Source of the DNA: Macrostomum hystrix
Taxonomy: Eukaryota; Animalia; Platyhelminthes
Direction: 5' to 3'
DNA length: 64,000 bases
Assembly (NCBI GenBank): GCA_950097015.1
Contig: CATNEN010000025.1
Location: 8,122,001-8,186,000 of the forward strand
How positions within the stretch are numbered: the first letter of the stretch is position 1; every line of letters begins with the position of its first letter. The position numbers and the translations under genes are program-made. Positions 25,275 through 36,900 of the stretch are shown in pieces. The notes under the pieces are model-generated. The model did no database searches, was not told where the DNA came from, and saw only the letters and a list, made by a program, of their open reading frames with translations.

Positions 25275-25802
25275 GGTGTGAGTAGACAGAGTGTGAGTAG
25301 ACAGAGTGTGAGTAGACAGGGTGTGAGTAGACAGGGTGTGAGTAGACAGGGTGTGAGTAGACAGGGTGTGAGTAGACAGGGTGTGAGTAGACAGGGTGTG
25401 AGTAGACAGGGAGAGAGTAGACAGGGAGAGAGTAGACAGGGAGAGAGTAGACAGGGAGAGAGTAGACAAAGATAGAGTAGACAGGGATAGAGTGGACAGG
25501 GAGGGAGTAGACAAAGATAGAGTAGATAGGGAGAGAGTAGACAGGGATAGAGTAGACAGGGAGAGAGTGGACAGGGAGAGAGTAGACAAAGATAGAGTAG
25601 ATAGGGAGAGAGTAGACAGGGATAGAGTGGACAGGGAGGGAGTAGACAGGGATAGAGTGGACAGGGAGAGAGTAGACAGGGATAGAGTAGACAGGGATAG
25701 AGTAGACAGGGAGAGAGTAGACAGGGATAGAGTGGACAGGAAGAGAGTAGACAGGGATAGAGTGGACAGGGAGAGAGTAGACCGGGAGAGAGTGGACAGG
25801 GA
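25275..25802. repeat. 15-bp tandem repeat AGTAGACAGGGTGTG / ...GGGAGAG
   Basis: Direct inspection. Confidence 0.93.
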
Positions 25803-26754
25803 AATAAAGGGGAGAGAAAATAGGGAGAAGTCCGAGATGGGAGAAGGTAGATCGAACAGAGTTTGAGATGGCTATCGGCAGCGTAGATGGAGAGATAAGA
25901 ACAGATGTAGAAAAGCAATGGTTGAAGAAAATTATCTGGTTTGTTGATTAAAATAATGCAAACAGTAGCATTTTAGCTGCAAAATAAAAAGTATCGAAAA
26001 AAATCCAGAAAAAAGAGAAAAAATGAAAAGCCTGATTTTAGCCGACTCAAATCAAAGCCAGGTCAAGCTAGCTGCATCGAATTGAGAACAATCCTTGTGA
26101 GTGAGTCCTTCGGCCGTCCTTAGGAGAAGTAGTCTGCATGTCACAGACATGCTGGATGCGTTTATTTTTCCCTATCGGTACTCACAGATATCCCAACCAG
26201 AAACCTCCCTCCCTCCCACTGGCTGCCTTGGGGGGTTCTAGAATCTGGGAGATGGGTTTGCGGTACGGGATCGGTGGAGTGGAGGGTGGAACAAAATCCT
26301 CAACGCTCTGTGGCATCAAGCCTCTAATCCAGTGTTTTGTGTGTCTCTGTTGGCTCAGCTTTCGCAGGTTCAAGTCGCCGTCCTGTCCGCTGACTAGACA
26401 GTCTGACTAGGGACAGACCAGACAGAAATTTCTCCCCCCCCTTCAGACCAAGCAGGCCCGTCCCATCTGTCCCGCTGATCCCTCGCGGGCGCAATTAAAT
26501 TGCCACCTATAGCCAAAGGTCCACAGCCCGCAGCCTGAGTGACATGAAATGCAAACCCGGGGATTTGGGTTGGGAGCTGGAATGCTAGGATATGGGATGT
26601 GCGATTGAGGCCGGAGACTGACTCAAATACACTTCTGCTCTGATGGAACTCGGCTCTGCCTCATCAATCATAAATCTTAGAAAAAAAATAAGCTGGAACA
26701 CTTGCGGGATTCGTAATAAACGACTTCATCCATCCATCCATCAATCCATCTTCG

Positions 26755-27723
26755 AAGATATAGATTAGCAATCCACTATTGAAAGGATAGATTAGCAATC
26801 CATTTTTTGAAAGGATAGATTAGCAATCCATTTTTTGAAAGGATCGATTAGCAATCCATTTTTTGAAAGGATCGATTAGCAATCCATTTTTTTAAAGGAT
26901 AGATTAGCAATCCATTTTTTGAAAGAATCGATTAGCAATCCTTTTTTTGAAAGGATCGATTAGCAATCCATTTTTTGAAAGGATAGATTAGCAATCCATT
27001 TTTTGAAAGGATCGATTAGCAATCCATTTTTTGAAAGGATCGATTAGCAATCCTTTTTTTTTAAAGGATAGATTAGCAATCCATTTTTTTGAAAGGATAG
27101 ATTAGCAATCCATTTTTGAAAGGATAGATTAGGAATCCATTTTTAAAAGGATAGATTAGCAATCCATTTTTGAAAGGATAGAATAGCAATCCATTTTTGA
27201 AAGGATAGATTAGCAATCCATTTTTTGAAAGGATAGATTAGCAATCCATTTTTTTGAAAGGATAGTTTAGCAATCCATTTTTTGAAAGGATAGATTAGCA
27301 ATCCATTTTTTTGAAAGGATAGATTAGCAATCCATTTTTTGAAAGGATCGATTAGCAATCCTTTTTTTTAAAGGATAGATTAGCAATCCATTTTTTTGAA
27401 AGGATAGATTAGCAATCCATTTTTGAAAGGATAGATTAGGAATCCATTTTTAAAGGATAGATTAGCAATCCATTTTTGAAAGGATAGAATAGCAATCCAT
27501 TTTTGAAAGGATAGATTAGCAATCCATTTTTTGAAAGGATAGATTAGCAATCCATTTTTTTGAAAGGATAGATTAGCAATCCATTTTTTGAAAGGATAGA
27601 TTAGCAATCCATTTTTGAAAGGATAGATTAGCAATCCATTTTTTGAAAGGATAGATTGGCAATCCATTTTTTGAAAGGATAGATTAGCAATCCATTTTTT
27701 TAAAGGATAGATTAGCAATCCAT
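26755..27723. repeat. 27-29-bp tandem repeat AAAGGATAGATTAGCAATCCATTTTTTG
   Basis: Variable T tract; GGAT..ATCC stem in each unit. Confidence 0.95.
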
Positions 27724-28221
27724 TCTATTCCCCAACGCATATTAGATGAAATAATGGCATAACTCATCCGAGTACCATAACAAGTTTCATACTTTAGCTC
27801 GATCAATTTTGTTACCAAGCATGATGCTCTTCATAGAGCAGTGTAACAGCTAGCTGGATGAAATTTAATTTTGTAGCCAGATTACATGGGACACAATGCT
27901 ATGGGACTCATCGCATTACAGACTTCCTACTGCACAGCAAATAACGAGAACGAGACGCTGGCTATATGTAGAATTTTAGCCGTCGGCCAAATTTCGCGTT
28001 GATGCGATCTTGTTATTGAATCCAAACTCAACTAACGACTCATAGGATTTGAGCATCCATTACCGACATGAAACTTTGCCCGGATCGAAGTATTCAGTAT
28101 TTAGTGGGAGAAAAAATACTGACAAGAAACATAAGATGGAGGATATGCGATATTTAGCTTCTAATAATTCTAGCCAACTTAAAACGGAGTCTAAAATTTC
28201 TATTGTATAGAAACTATATGT

Positions 28222-29060
28222 GCCTGAAATTTCTCATTCCTGAAGTTTCTCTGCTCTGAAGCTTCTCAACCATGAAGTTTCTCATCCCTGAGGTTTCTCT
28301 GCTCTGAAGCTTCTCAACCATGAAGTTTCTCATCCCTGAAGTTTCTCATCCCTGAAGTTTCTCATCCCTGAAGTTTCTCATCCCTGAAGTTTCTCATCCC
28401 TGAGGTTTCTCTGCTCTGAAGCTTCTCAACCATGAAGTTTCTCATCCCTGAAGTTTCTCAATCCTGAAGTTTTTCATCCTTGAAATTTCTCATCCCTGAA
28501 GTTTTTCCACCCTGAAGTTTCTTATCCCTGAAGTTTCTCTGCTCTGAAGTTTCTCATCCCTGAAGTTTCTCATACCTGAAGTTTCTCTGCTCTGAAGCTT
28601 CTCAATAATGAAGTTTCTCATCCCGGAAGTTTCTCATTCCTCATATTTCTCTGCTCTGAAGCTTTTCAATAATGAAGTTTCTCATCCCTGAATTTTCTCA
28701 TCCCTGAAGTTTCTCAATCCTGAACTTTTTCATTTTTGAAGTTTCTCATCCCTGAAGTTTCTCATCCATGAAGTTTCTCAATCCTGAAGTTTTTCATACT
28801 TGAAGTTTCTCATACCTGAAGTTTCTCATCCATGAAGTTTCTCAATCCTGAAGTTTCTCATACCTGAAGTTTCTCTGCTCTGAAGCTTCTCAATAATGAA
28901 GCTTCTTATCCCTGAAGCTTCTCATCCCTGAATTTTCTCATCCCTGAAGTTTCTCAATCCTGAAGTTTTTCATCCTTGAAGCTTTTCATCCCTGAAGTTT
29001 CTCATCCCTGATGTTTCTTATTCCTGATGATTCTCACCCTGAAGTTTTCTTCTCAGTCCT
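28222..29060. repeat. 16-bp degenerate repeat CCTGAAGTTTCTCATC
   Basis: Same family as 21825-22706. Confidence 0.92.
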
Positions 29061-29524
29061 GATGTTTTTAATCCCTGAAAAATTGCTAAATATTATTTAC
29101 TTTACATTTTAGATTTTAGATTTTACTGCTTTTTTACTTATTTGCCGAATATAGAATAGTTCAAATGGCAAATAATTCAGCAAGTCTTTCTGCTTTTTTC
29201 GTCGTAAAGTACATTTACTCAATTAGGCCTCTGTTCGGCAGATATTTAACTGTTTCTTATGCTAGTTTATTTACTTTTTTTTCGCTGGCAAACAACCAGG
29301 GACTTCTTGTAGCGCCTAGGTCAAGCCTATGAGAATCCAGTTATAACAGAGACAAGATCTGAAAGCTGAGAATTTACAGAAATCCAAGCATGATTGATAG
29401 GCCCTAACAACTCCTGAAATGTCCGAGACAGATCAGAAAACTTTGGTTAGTTGTTGCTTACTACCGCTAAACCTAGACTGGGCCTCTGCTGCCATTATGG
29501 GTAAGACGATTCGATCTACGGTTC

Positions 29525-30510
29525 CTGCTGCGATTCTAGCTGCGATTCTAGCTGCGATTCTAGCTGCGATTCTAGCTGCGATTCTAGCTGCGATTCTAGC
29601 TGCGATTCTAGGTGTGATTCTAGGTACCATTCTAGCTGCGATTCTAGCTGCGATTCTAGCTGCGATTCTAGGTGTGATTCTAGGTACGATTCTAGCTGCG
29701 ATTCTAGCTGCGATTCTAGCTGCGATTCTAACTGCGACTCTAGCTGCGATTCTAGCTGCGATTCTAGGTACCATTCTAGCTGCGATTCTAGCTGCGATTC
29801 TAGCTGCGATTCTAGGTGTGATTCTAGCTGCGATTCTAGGTGTGATTCTAGCTGCGATTCTAGCTGCGATTCTAGGTACCATTCTAGCTGTGATTCTAGC
29901 TGCGATTCTAGCTGCGATTCTAGCTGCGATTCTAGCTGCGATTCTAGGTGTGATTCTAGCTGCGATTCTAGGTGTGATTCTAGCTGCGATTCTAGCTGCG
30001 ATTCTAGGTACCATTCTAGCTGTGATTCTAGCTGCGATTCTAGCTGCGATTCTAGCTGCGATTCTAGCTGCGATTCTAGGTGTGATTCTAGGTACCATTC
30101 TAGCTGCGATTCTAGCTGCGATTCTAGCTGCGATTCTAGCTGCGATTCTAGCTGCGATTCTAGCTGCGATTCTAGCTGCGATTCTAGCTGCGATTCTAGC
30201 TGCGATTCTAGCTGCGATTCTAGCTGCGATTCTAGCTGCGATTCTAGCTGCGATTCTAGCTGCGATTCTAGCTGCGATTCTAGCTGCGATTCTAGCTGCG
30301 ATTCTAGCTGCGATTCTAGCTGCGATTCTTGCTGCGATTCTAGCTGCGATTCTATCTGTGATTCTAGCTACGATTCTAGCTGCGATTCTATGTGCGATTC
30401 TAGGTGTGATTCTAGGTACCATTCTAGCTGCGATTCTAGCTGCGATTCTAGCTGCGATTCTAGCTGCGATTCTGTCTACAATTACAGCTACGATTCCTGC
30501 TGTGGTTAAA
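29525..30510. repeat. 12-bp tandem repeat GCGATTCTAGCT
   Basis: Reverse complement AGCTAGAATCGC differs by one base from the 4.0-7.1 kb unit. Confidence 0.95.
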
Positions 30511-30804
30511 ATATTCCACTAGCGATCCTAGGAACGATTCAGTCTATGATTCTAAGCTGTTTTGAAAAAACGGTCCTGAAAAAATCGGAAGTCAGCTATA
30601 GAAGAAGCTCGTATAGAATATTTACGAATATCGAAGCGGGTTTATAGAACAAAGCTTGCTATGCTGTCTGAGATAAAAGAGATGTTTGACTCAAAACCTA
30701 TACAAATATACTCAACTCAGGGGCAGGCAGTCCTTCTAGTCCAATTAATGCATCAAACTTGGTCCGACCATTTAATAACAGACGCCACTCTAATTCATTG
30801 CAAT

Positions 30805-30842
<38 letters not shown>

Positions 30843-31014
30843 TTAAGATAATGACTTCGAATTTTTTTCTGTCGAACGAAGCTTGATAACTTTCGTGCGA
30901 GTTAGAAAATTGTCAGAGAGCTTCGTTATATTCTCGATTTTTATAACAATAAAAACTATATTTTTATCTATCATTTTCACAATCATACGCGCTCGTAGAT
31001 GTTTACAAACAACG

Positions 31015-31258
31015 TCCTGGAGCTCGATTCCGCGGCGAGGCCACATTCATTTTGGGGCGAAGCCGCAGAGAGAAGGCTTGGCGGCATGTCGTGCAATTTT
31101 CGCCCTTTAAGGGCCAACTCCATCACAAGGTTAAAGTGTAAACACCTGTGTGCGTGTGTGCTCAGGACTCATCGAAATGGGCAGAATTGCCTCCTCGCTG
31201 GCTGCGGGTCTAAAGTCACCAAATGATGTGCCATTGCCCGCAGTCCTCCTGCAAATTT
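31015..31258 (+). mobile_element. SINE family A copy (5'-truncated)
   Basis: GAGCTCGATTCCGCGGCGAGGCCACATT... through CTCCTGCAAATT matches the other copies. Confidence 0.8.
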
Positions 31259-31299
31259 AGGAGGCCTGGAGACCAAAAAGTCATAAATAAAGAAGCCTA

Positions 31300-31560
31300 G
31301 GGGCTTTTAGGTCGGGGGTTCGATTCCCGACTCAGGTGGAACAATTTGTGTCCTTTAGCAAGACGCTTAACCCTGCATTGCTTCATGTCACACAGCTTTT
31401 AAATGGGTACCAGCATTAGCTGCGGGTAATTGAGGGTGGGTGTGGCGTCCACCCAGTCCATGGACTGAACAGCCGTACGCAGCCTTCAGATGCGCCGCGC
31501 AATAGTTGGGGCCCCAATTAGTTCATGAGTAATCAGTTATTATAAATTATTAAATAAATA
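31300..31560 (+). mobile_element. Second SINE-like element (family B), CORE-like central segment
   Basis: B-box GGTTCGATTCC, then GTGTCCTTTAGCAAGACGCTTAACCC and AAATGGGTACC, ending in an AT-rich tail; single copy in the window; resemblance to the CORE consensus is from memory. Confidence 0.5.
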
Positions 31561-32083
31561 ATAGAGGTTTATTTATGTTTAAAATCCCCAGGATTCAGTT
31601 CATACAGGATCTTGCTGGTTCCCCTGGGTCTTGGATTGAAAGGCTAATGATGATAGCAAGTTCATCTCTAACTCAGCAGAGGCCTACCAAAATATCTTTC
31701 TCTGTCTTTCCACTAGAAGTTATTCTTATAGCCTTGGAGTCAGTTCACTTTTGCAGCTCGGAATGGATGTGTGTGTGTGTGAGTGAGTTTCCCTTTCTCA
31801 AACCAGATCTCCCAACGGATTTCATGAGATACCAGATCAGGAAAATCGATAAATAATTCAAAAGCGGTCGGCGAAATGTTCTAAAATGCGAACACCGAGC
31901 GACAATTTCTGTCACCAAAAATAGAAATACAAAAAACTGATGGACTTGTGACACAGGGGGGATCTATTGCATACTAATTATCTTGAGGCTGTCGATAGCA
32001 GCTAGCCAAACCAAGCTAGTGACTACTGCTATAGTGACTACTGCAAGTAAAATAAGCGAAACAATGACCGACAAAAATAATTA

Positions 32084-33457
32084 TTCCGGGTGTCCGGAAA
32101 GTCATGAGAAAACTACAAAAGGTTAATTATAAAAACGCGCAGACCAGTGAAACTTTACTAATCAGTAATGTAATTTCCCCTGAAGTCAATCACAGATTGG
32201 CAGTGCTCCACGAGCCGTAGAACCTCGCGTTTCAAGCAGTTTGCATCCAGACCCCTCGCCCACTGCAACGCGGCCTCGCGGACCTCATCGTGGCTGCTGA
32301 ACTCCCGCTTCGAGAAGTCCGATTTCAGCCAATTGAAGAAAAAACGGTCGCATAAATTGAAATCAGGGCTGTAGGGACTCTGAAAAAGCAGTTGAACTCC
32401 ACGAGTCTCCATGTACTGCTGCACAGGCTGGGCCACATGAGGTCGTGCGTTGTCCCACTGCCACAAGACTTCGGACAAATGAATTGGCTGTGATCTGAGG
32501 CTCCGCCATAGGTCACCTGTGTGTCGAACGAATTCAACGATGCGATTGGCATCAACAGTCTGCTTTGGCGCCGTTGACATGATAGAGAATCTCTTGCTTG
32601 GGGTGAAAGCGACTACCAGCATTGTCTTTATTGGGTCCCCGACTGAGTGTCTCACAACTTGAGGTCTATGGTCGCCTTGACCCAGCCAGCACCGGTTGTT
32701 CTGCCGTGTACCAGTGTTTTTAAGGTACACCCACGTCTCGTCCTCCACCACGTACTTGTTGCAGAAGCTGGTCATGCCCTCGGTATGAAAAATCCGACGA
32801 ATTTGCTTGGCACAATTGACGCGAGCAACCTTGTTCTCTTCGGAGAGAACATGCGGGACCCACACGGCAGACACATTGCGAAGTTGCAGGTCTTCAGTCA
32901 ATATTTCATGCACTGTTGATTTCCCAACCTCCATGAAGTCAGCAAGATCTCTGACACTCACTTTTGGGTCTTCTCTCACGAGATTTCTGCAGGTCTCGAT
33001 CAGCTCTGGTGTTCTCGTCGATCTCGGCCGGCCAGTACGGGCAGCTTGGGCCAGTGGGTACGACTCGTCACGGAACCTTGTGTACCATCGGTACACTGAC
33101 GACAGACCAGGCGCCACATCTCCATGCACATTCAGCAGTTCTCCATGGCAATCAGGAGCACATATACCAAGCTTATACCTGGTATAAGCATAAGCTTGAA
33201 ACTCGTCCATCTCAAAGCAGCAGCAAGGATCAATGAAGAAAAAAGTAACGATAGATGCTTGCTTTGCCTCTGCGTTGCAGTGGCCTAGACTTCTAAGTTA
33301 TAACCATCAGCCTTACCCCCAAATTTGAAGCTAGAATCTAGCTCTTTCAGCCATAGACATATATTAAGTCAAGTGTTAAAATGGTACAGTATCTTGTCAA
33401 TAGCTTGTGTCTAAGTAGTTAGAATAACACATTCTCATGACTTTCCGGACACCCGAA
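32084..33457 (-). mobile_element. Tc1/mariner DNA transposon, DD34D mariner type, apparently intact
   Basis: Perfect 24-bp inverted repeats CGGGTGTCCGGAAAGTCATGAGAA at 32087-32110 and 33432-33455, extendable by TT(C); they enclose the transposase ORF. Confidence 0.95.
32158..33210 (-). CDS. Mariner transposase (350 aa)
   Basis: N-terminal HTH region with GRPR; WVPHVL; EDETW; WDNARPH; YSPDFNLCD; 34 residues counted between the second and third Asp. Confidence 0.96.
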   Translation of the reverse strand: MDEFQAYAYTRYKLGICAPDCHGELLNVHGDVAPGLSSVYRWYTRFRDESYPLAQAARTGRPRSTRTPELIETCRNLVREDPKVSVRDLADFMEVGKSTVHEILTEDLQLRNVSAVWVPHVLSEENKVARVNCAKQIRRIFHTEGMTSFCNKYVVEDETWVYLKNTGTRQNNRCWLGQGDHRPQVVRHSVGDPIKTMLVVAFTPSKRFSIMSTAPKQTVDANRIVEFVRHTGDLWRSLRSQPIHLSEVLWQWDNARPHVAQPVQQYMETRGVQLLFQSPYSPDFNLCDRFFFNWLKSDFSKREFSSHDEVREAALQWARGLDANCLKREVLRLVEHCQSVIDFRGNYITD

Positions 33458-33675
33458 GATTCGTCCGGATCTATATAGGAATATAGATTCCTATATCTAG
33501 GAAGTAGATATAATGTATGAGGCGACACATGTCAAATGGGATACTGGGATAACTAAATCTCAAATGGGATTACTGGAATCTAGCATCTCAAATGGGATTA
33601 CTAGGATTTACACCCTCAAATGGGTGTTACTGGGACCTCAACTCCCAAATGGGATTGTTTTGGCAAGATGATCAA

Positions 33676-33775
33676 ACCTGTGTGAGCGTGTGCCTGCGTA
33701 CAATATCGGTGTGCGTGTGTGCTCAGTAGTCAGCGGAAAGGGCAGAATTGCCTCATCGCTGGCTGCGGGTCTAGT
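33676..33775 (+). mobile_element. SINE family A fragment
   Basis: TGTGAGCGTGTGCCTGCGTAC...GGCAGAATTGCCTCATCGCTGGCTGCGGGTCTAG. Confidence 0.75.
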
Positions 33776-34385
33776 CGTACTGTCACAAAATACTGTCACT
33801 TTTCAAAAACGTCAATTTATTTAATTTTGAAAAGAAAATGGTCAGCAATAGAAGTTCATCAAACAATTGAGTAGCACTCAGACAGTCGAGTCCCTACGGC
33901 TGATCTGTCACCCCCACTGCTGGTCAGTGTTGGCACGCTGCTGACTCGCTCCTGTACCCGATCAGCCGCGTCTTCACCTTGATCAAGGCGAGTTGGCGAT
34001 GCCTTTCGAAGCAGGTTCCAAATATAGGTCAGATACAATCAGAACGGCTGTGATGATGGTGACTGACAACAGCCAGGCCTGAGTGGCGGTGAGGGCGCCG
34101 CTCTTGTCTCCATGACAACTCGACGATGTTGACGAAGCCGCAGACGAATTGACTAGGATGTCACTTGTTACCATGGCAACGCAAAGACTCGGCTTGGACT
34201 CGGTATATCTTTTCTCGTATTTATATGAAGCAAAGCAGCCTTTGAAACAACTGTACGTGACTGTCTTACAAAGTAATTGTCTTTGAAGATCTTTGTAAAA
34301 TTGGAAGCTTACAAATAATTTATCAACTTGCAATTATGTAACTTTCTTATTTGCTTCTATAATTGGGACTTTGTTTATACTAATT

Positions 34386-34586
34386 TAGGACTATCTAGGA
34401 CTATCTAGGACTATCTAGGACTATCTAGGACTATCTAGGACTATCTAGGACTATCTAGGACTATCTAGGATTATCTAAGACTATCTAAGACTATCTAGGA
34501 CTATCTAGGACTATCTAGGACTATATAGGACTATCTAGGACTATCTAGGACTATCTAGGACTATCTAGGACTATCTAGGTCTATCT
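34386..34586. repeat. 10-bp tandem repeat CTAGGACTAT
   Basis: Direct inspection. Confidence 0.95.
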
Positions 34587-35279
34587 ATTTCATGCTACTA
34601 CTGTGTTATCAGCTAAGTAGGGTGTTTAGGATTTTACAGACATGTGGGATTACTCCTGAGCTGTCAGTAAAATAAATAATATTTTTAGAGAATGAAGAAT
34701 ATTCCATTGAAAATGGATAATCATTTTGCCTATTGACATTGGGAATCCACTGTACCCATAATGTTCTTCCCTGCTAAACAGATCCCACAGCCAGGCAATA
34801 ATTTTGGCAGACCTTAATCCCCCAACAACCCACCCAGTAAAAGCAAAATGGATTTTTTCCTGGCTCCGTACGTCAAACTTAGAGCTTCAACACTGACAGG
34901 TGGGCCAATCAAAGATCAACTTAAAATTTTAAGCAGTTTTTTTAATTTCCTCCTCGCTTTAAAATGAGGAGATTAAAATTTGGTAGTAGCGTTAGGGAGA
35001 AAGCACCCGTTGCTATGACAACCGGAATTAAAAATCGACGCATTTTTTTGTAGGCTTAAATATATAGTAGATAAAACTTTTTAATATTTCTTAACCGGGT
35101 CAGGCTATGATTAAGAAAAAGCACTGACGGTTTTTGAGTTGTACTCAATGAGGCGCTACAGTACAGCGACTGGCCATCGAGTTGACGGTAGACGACGGAG
35201 CGAAGCCGTTTCGGCTGTCTCGTCTGGTGCTGGTAGAAGATCTAGCACTCTACCATTGTTATCTAACCCTGGTGTCAGA

Positions 35280-35321
<42 letters not shown>

Positions 35322-35476
35322 ATTAAAAGGTTAGATCGTTTGACCTCTGCATGAATGATTTAAGGAAAGATGAGTGCTAAATGATAATACTCAACTCAGG
35401 GTCATTTGGGGTAGAAACTTAAAATAGGTAAAATTGGAATAACCAGCTGGGTAGATTTTTATGGGTGAAAAAAAAA

Positions 35477-35582
35477 ATAATTGCAGGAGGGCTGCACATC
35501 ATTTGGTGACACTAGACCTGCAGCCAGCGAGGAGGCAGGCACACACTCACACAGGTGTGTACATCTGCCCTGATACTCTCAT
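35477..35582 (-). mobile_element. SINE family A fragment
   Basis: AATTGCAGGAGGGCTGC...GACACTAGACCTGCAGCCAGCGAGGAGGC. Confidence 0.75.
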
Positions 35583-36143
35583 AATCTGGCATGTACAGTC
35601 TCAATGTATCACTGTAAAATACGGGTTCTAGAGTTTTAAAGCAACGATTAATCTAGAAATTTTAAACAATTCTAAGTAGATTCTGAGATAAAGTTTGAAT
35701 AAAATTACTAAAACTAAACGGCACTAAATATTCGTTTCCATGACAACCTTGGACTATAAATGGAGCGCGTAAAAAAAACCGGAAATGAAATTTCCTATCA
35801 CCAGCCCACCGTATACCTGGCGTGTCTCAGTGTTTGTGCTTGACTGAGTTTGCCAGAACTGATGACTTTGAGCACAAAAAACGCCTGTTCCACCCACCTG
35901 TGGCAGCTGTTTGGCCTTGACTGCTCATGTTTGCCAAGCTGCTCAGCTTAAATATTAAAAGGGGATCCGAAACCCTCCGACTTTTCTTAAATCCGCATCC
36001 CATTTTGATCCCAAGCAGTGAAGACTTGTCTGAATGATGCAGTCAGGCCGCAGAAGAATGAACAGCATTGTTGCGATCGGATTGTAAGTTGCTGATTATA
36101 TTTTCTCAGCCTAAAAAAATAATACTATGTACTTTTGCCGTCT

Positions 36144-36340
36144 CATTTGGTGATGCAGTAGATCCGCAGCCAGCCAGGAGGCAATTCTGCCCATTCCGCT
36201 GACTCCTGAGCACACACTCACACAGGTGTGTACATCTCATCGTCGGGCTGTGTACACTCTCACAGGGCCTTGGAGTTTGGCCCACAAGGGCATGAATTGC
36301 TCGACCTAAATGAACGTGGCCTCGCCGCGGAATCGAGCTG
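36144..36340 (-). mobile_element. SINE family A copy (truncated)
   Basis: GCAGCCAGCCAGGAGGCAATTCTGCCC...GTGGCCTCGCCGCGGAATCGAGCT. Confidence 0.78.
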
Positions 36341-36900
36341 ACGGACTTTTGTAAAAAAATAATTTTCCTTTCTTAAACAAAATCACTTTCTAGTCAGTCT
36401 CCATAGCAATATTTCGTTGCTATAGCAACACAGCCGAGCAGCTCAATTCGGTTGCGTTTAAAGAAATATAGTAATTCGGAGTTCATTTGTGTGTTTAGAA
36501 AAAGCTTTAAGATCAACTGGCAAACGATAGAGAAATAGATAGAAAGATTCTAAGCAAACTTGAAAACCAAACTGGTAGAGCAGTAGTGTGTGCTACTCAC
36601 AAACTGTGCTCATGCATACATGCGAGTGACCCTCCCATCTCTAAGATCAATAGCATGCAAGCAACAGGAAACTTGGGGTGGGCCGCATGAGTATGAGTAG
36701 GGGCTGACTGTTATTTTGCAGCCAGACTGTCAGCACTTTCACTTCTGTCTTTAACGGACAGAGTATTGTTGGATTTCACAATAAATTCAAACATCTGACC
36801 CACCTAAGCCATCTCTGTCTTCGTGTCAAACGAGCCACAAGGCTTTGAACGGCCGGAGAAAGTCCAGCCATAGAGTGAGTTTCTTAGAAACGCTGTCAAA

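Larger units (their letters stand above)
34106..36429. promoter_or_regulatory. Cluster of RFX X-box motifs upstream of ADGB
   Basis: GTCTCCATGACAAC (34106), GTTACCATGGCAAC (34167), GTTGCTATGACAAC (35009), GTTTCCATGACAAC (35734), GTCTCCATAGCAAT (36397), GTTGCTATAGCAAC (36416); X-box consensus GTNNCCATGGNAAC. Confidence 0.75.

Noticed and set aside
19940-30522. Cys-rich (CSRSPTV, LVCDSHPLC) and ILAA/RIAA repeat ORFs resembling metallothionein, keratin-associated or antifreeze proteins
   Set aside because: Pure minisatellite translations with no leader, unique domain or codon-position bias.
35139-35354. Plus-strand 71-aa ORF with poly-Ala after an X-box, as a possible upstream ADGB exon
   Set aside because: No homology, and I found no supported in-frame route to 36901. 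It overlaps an equally weak minus-strand candidate.
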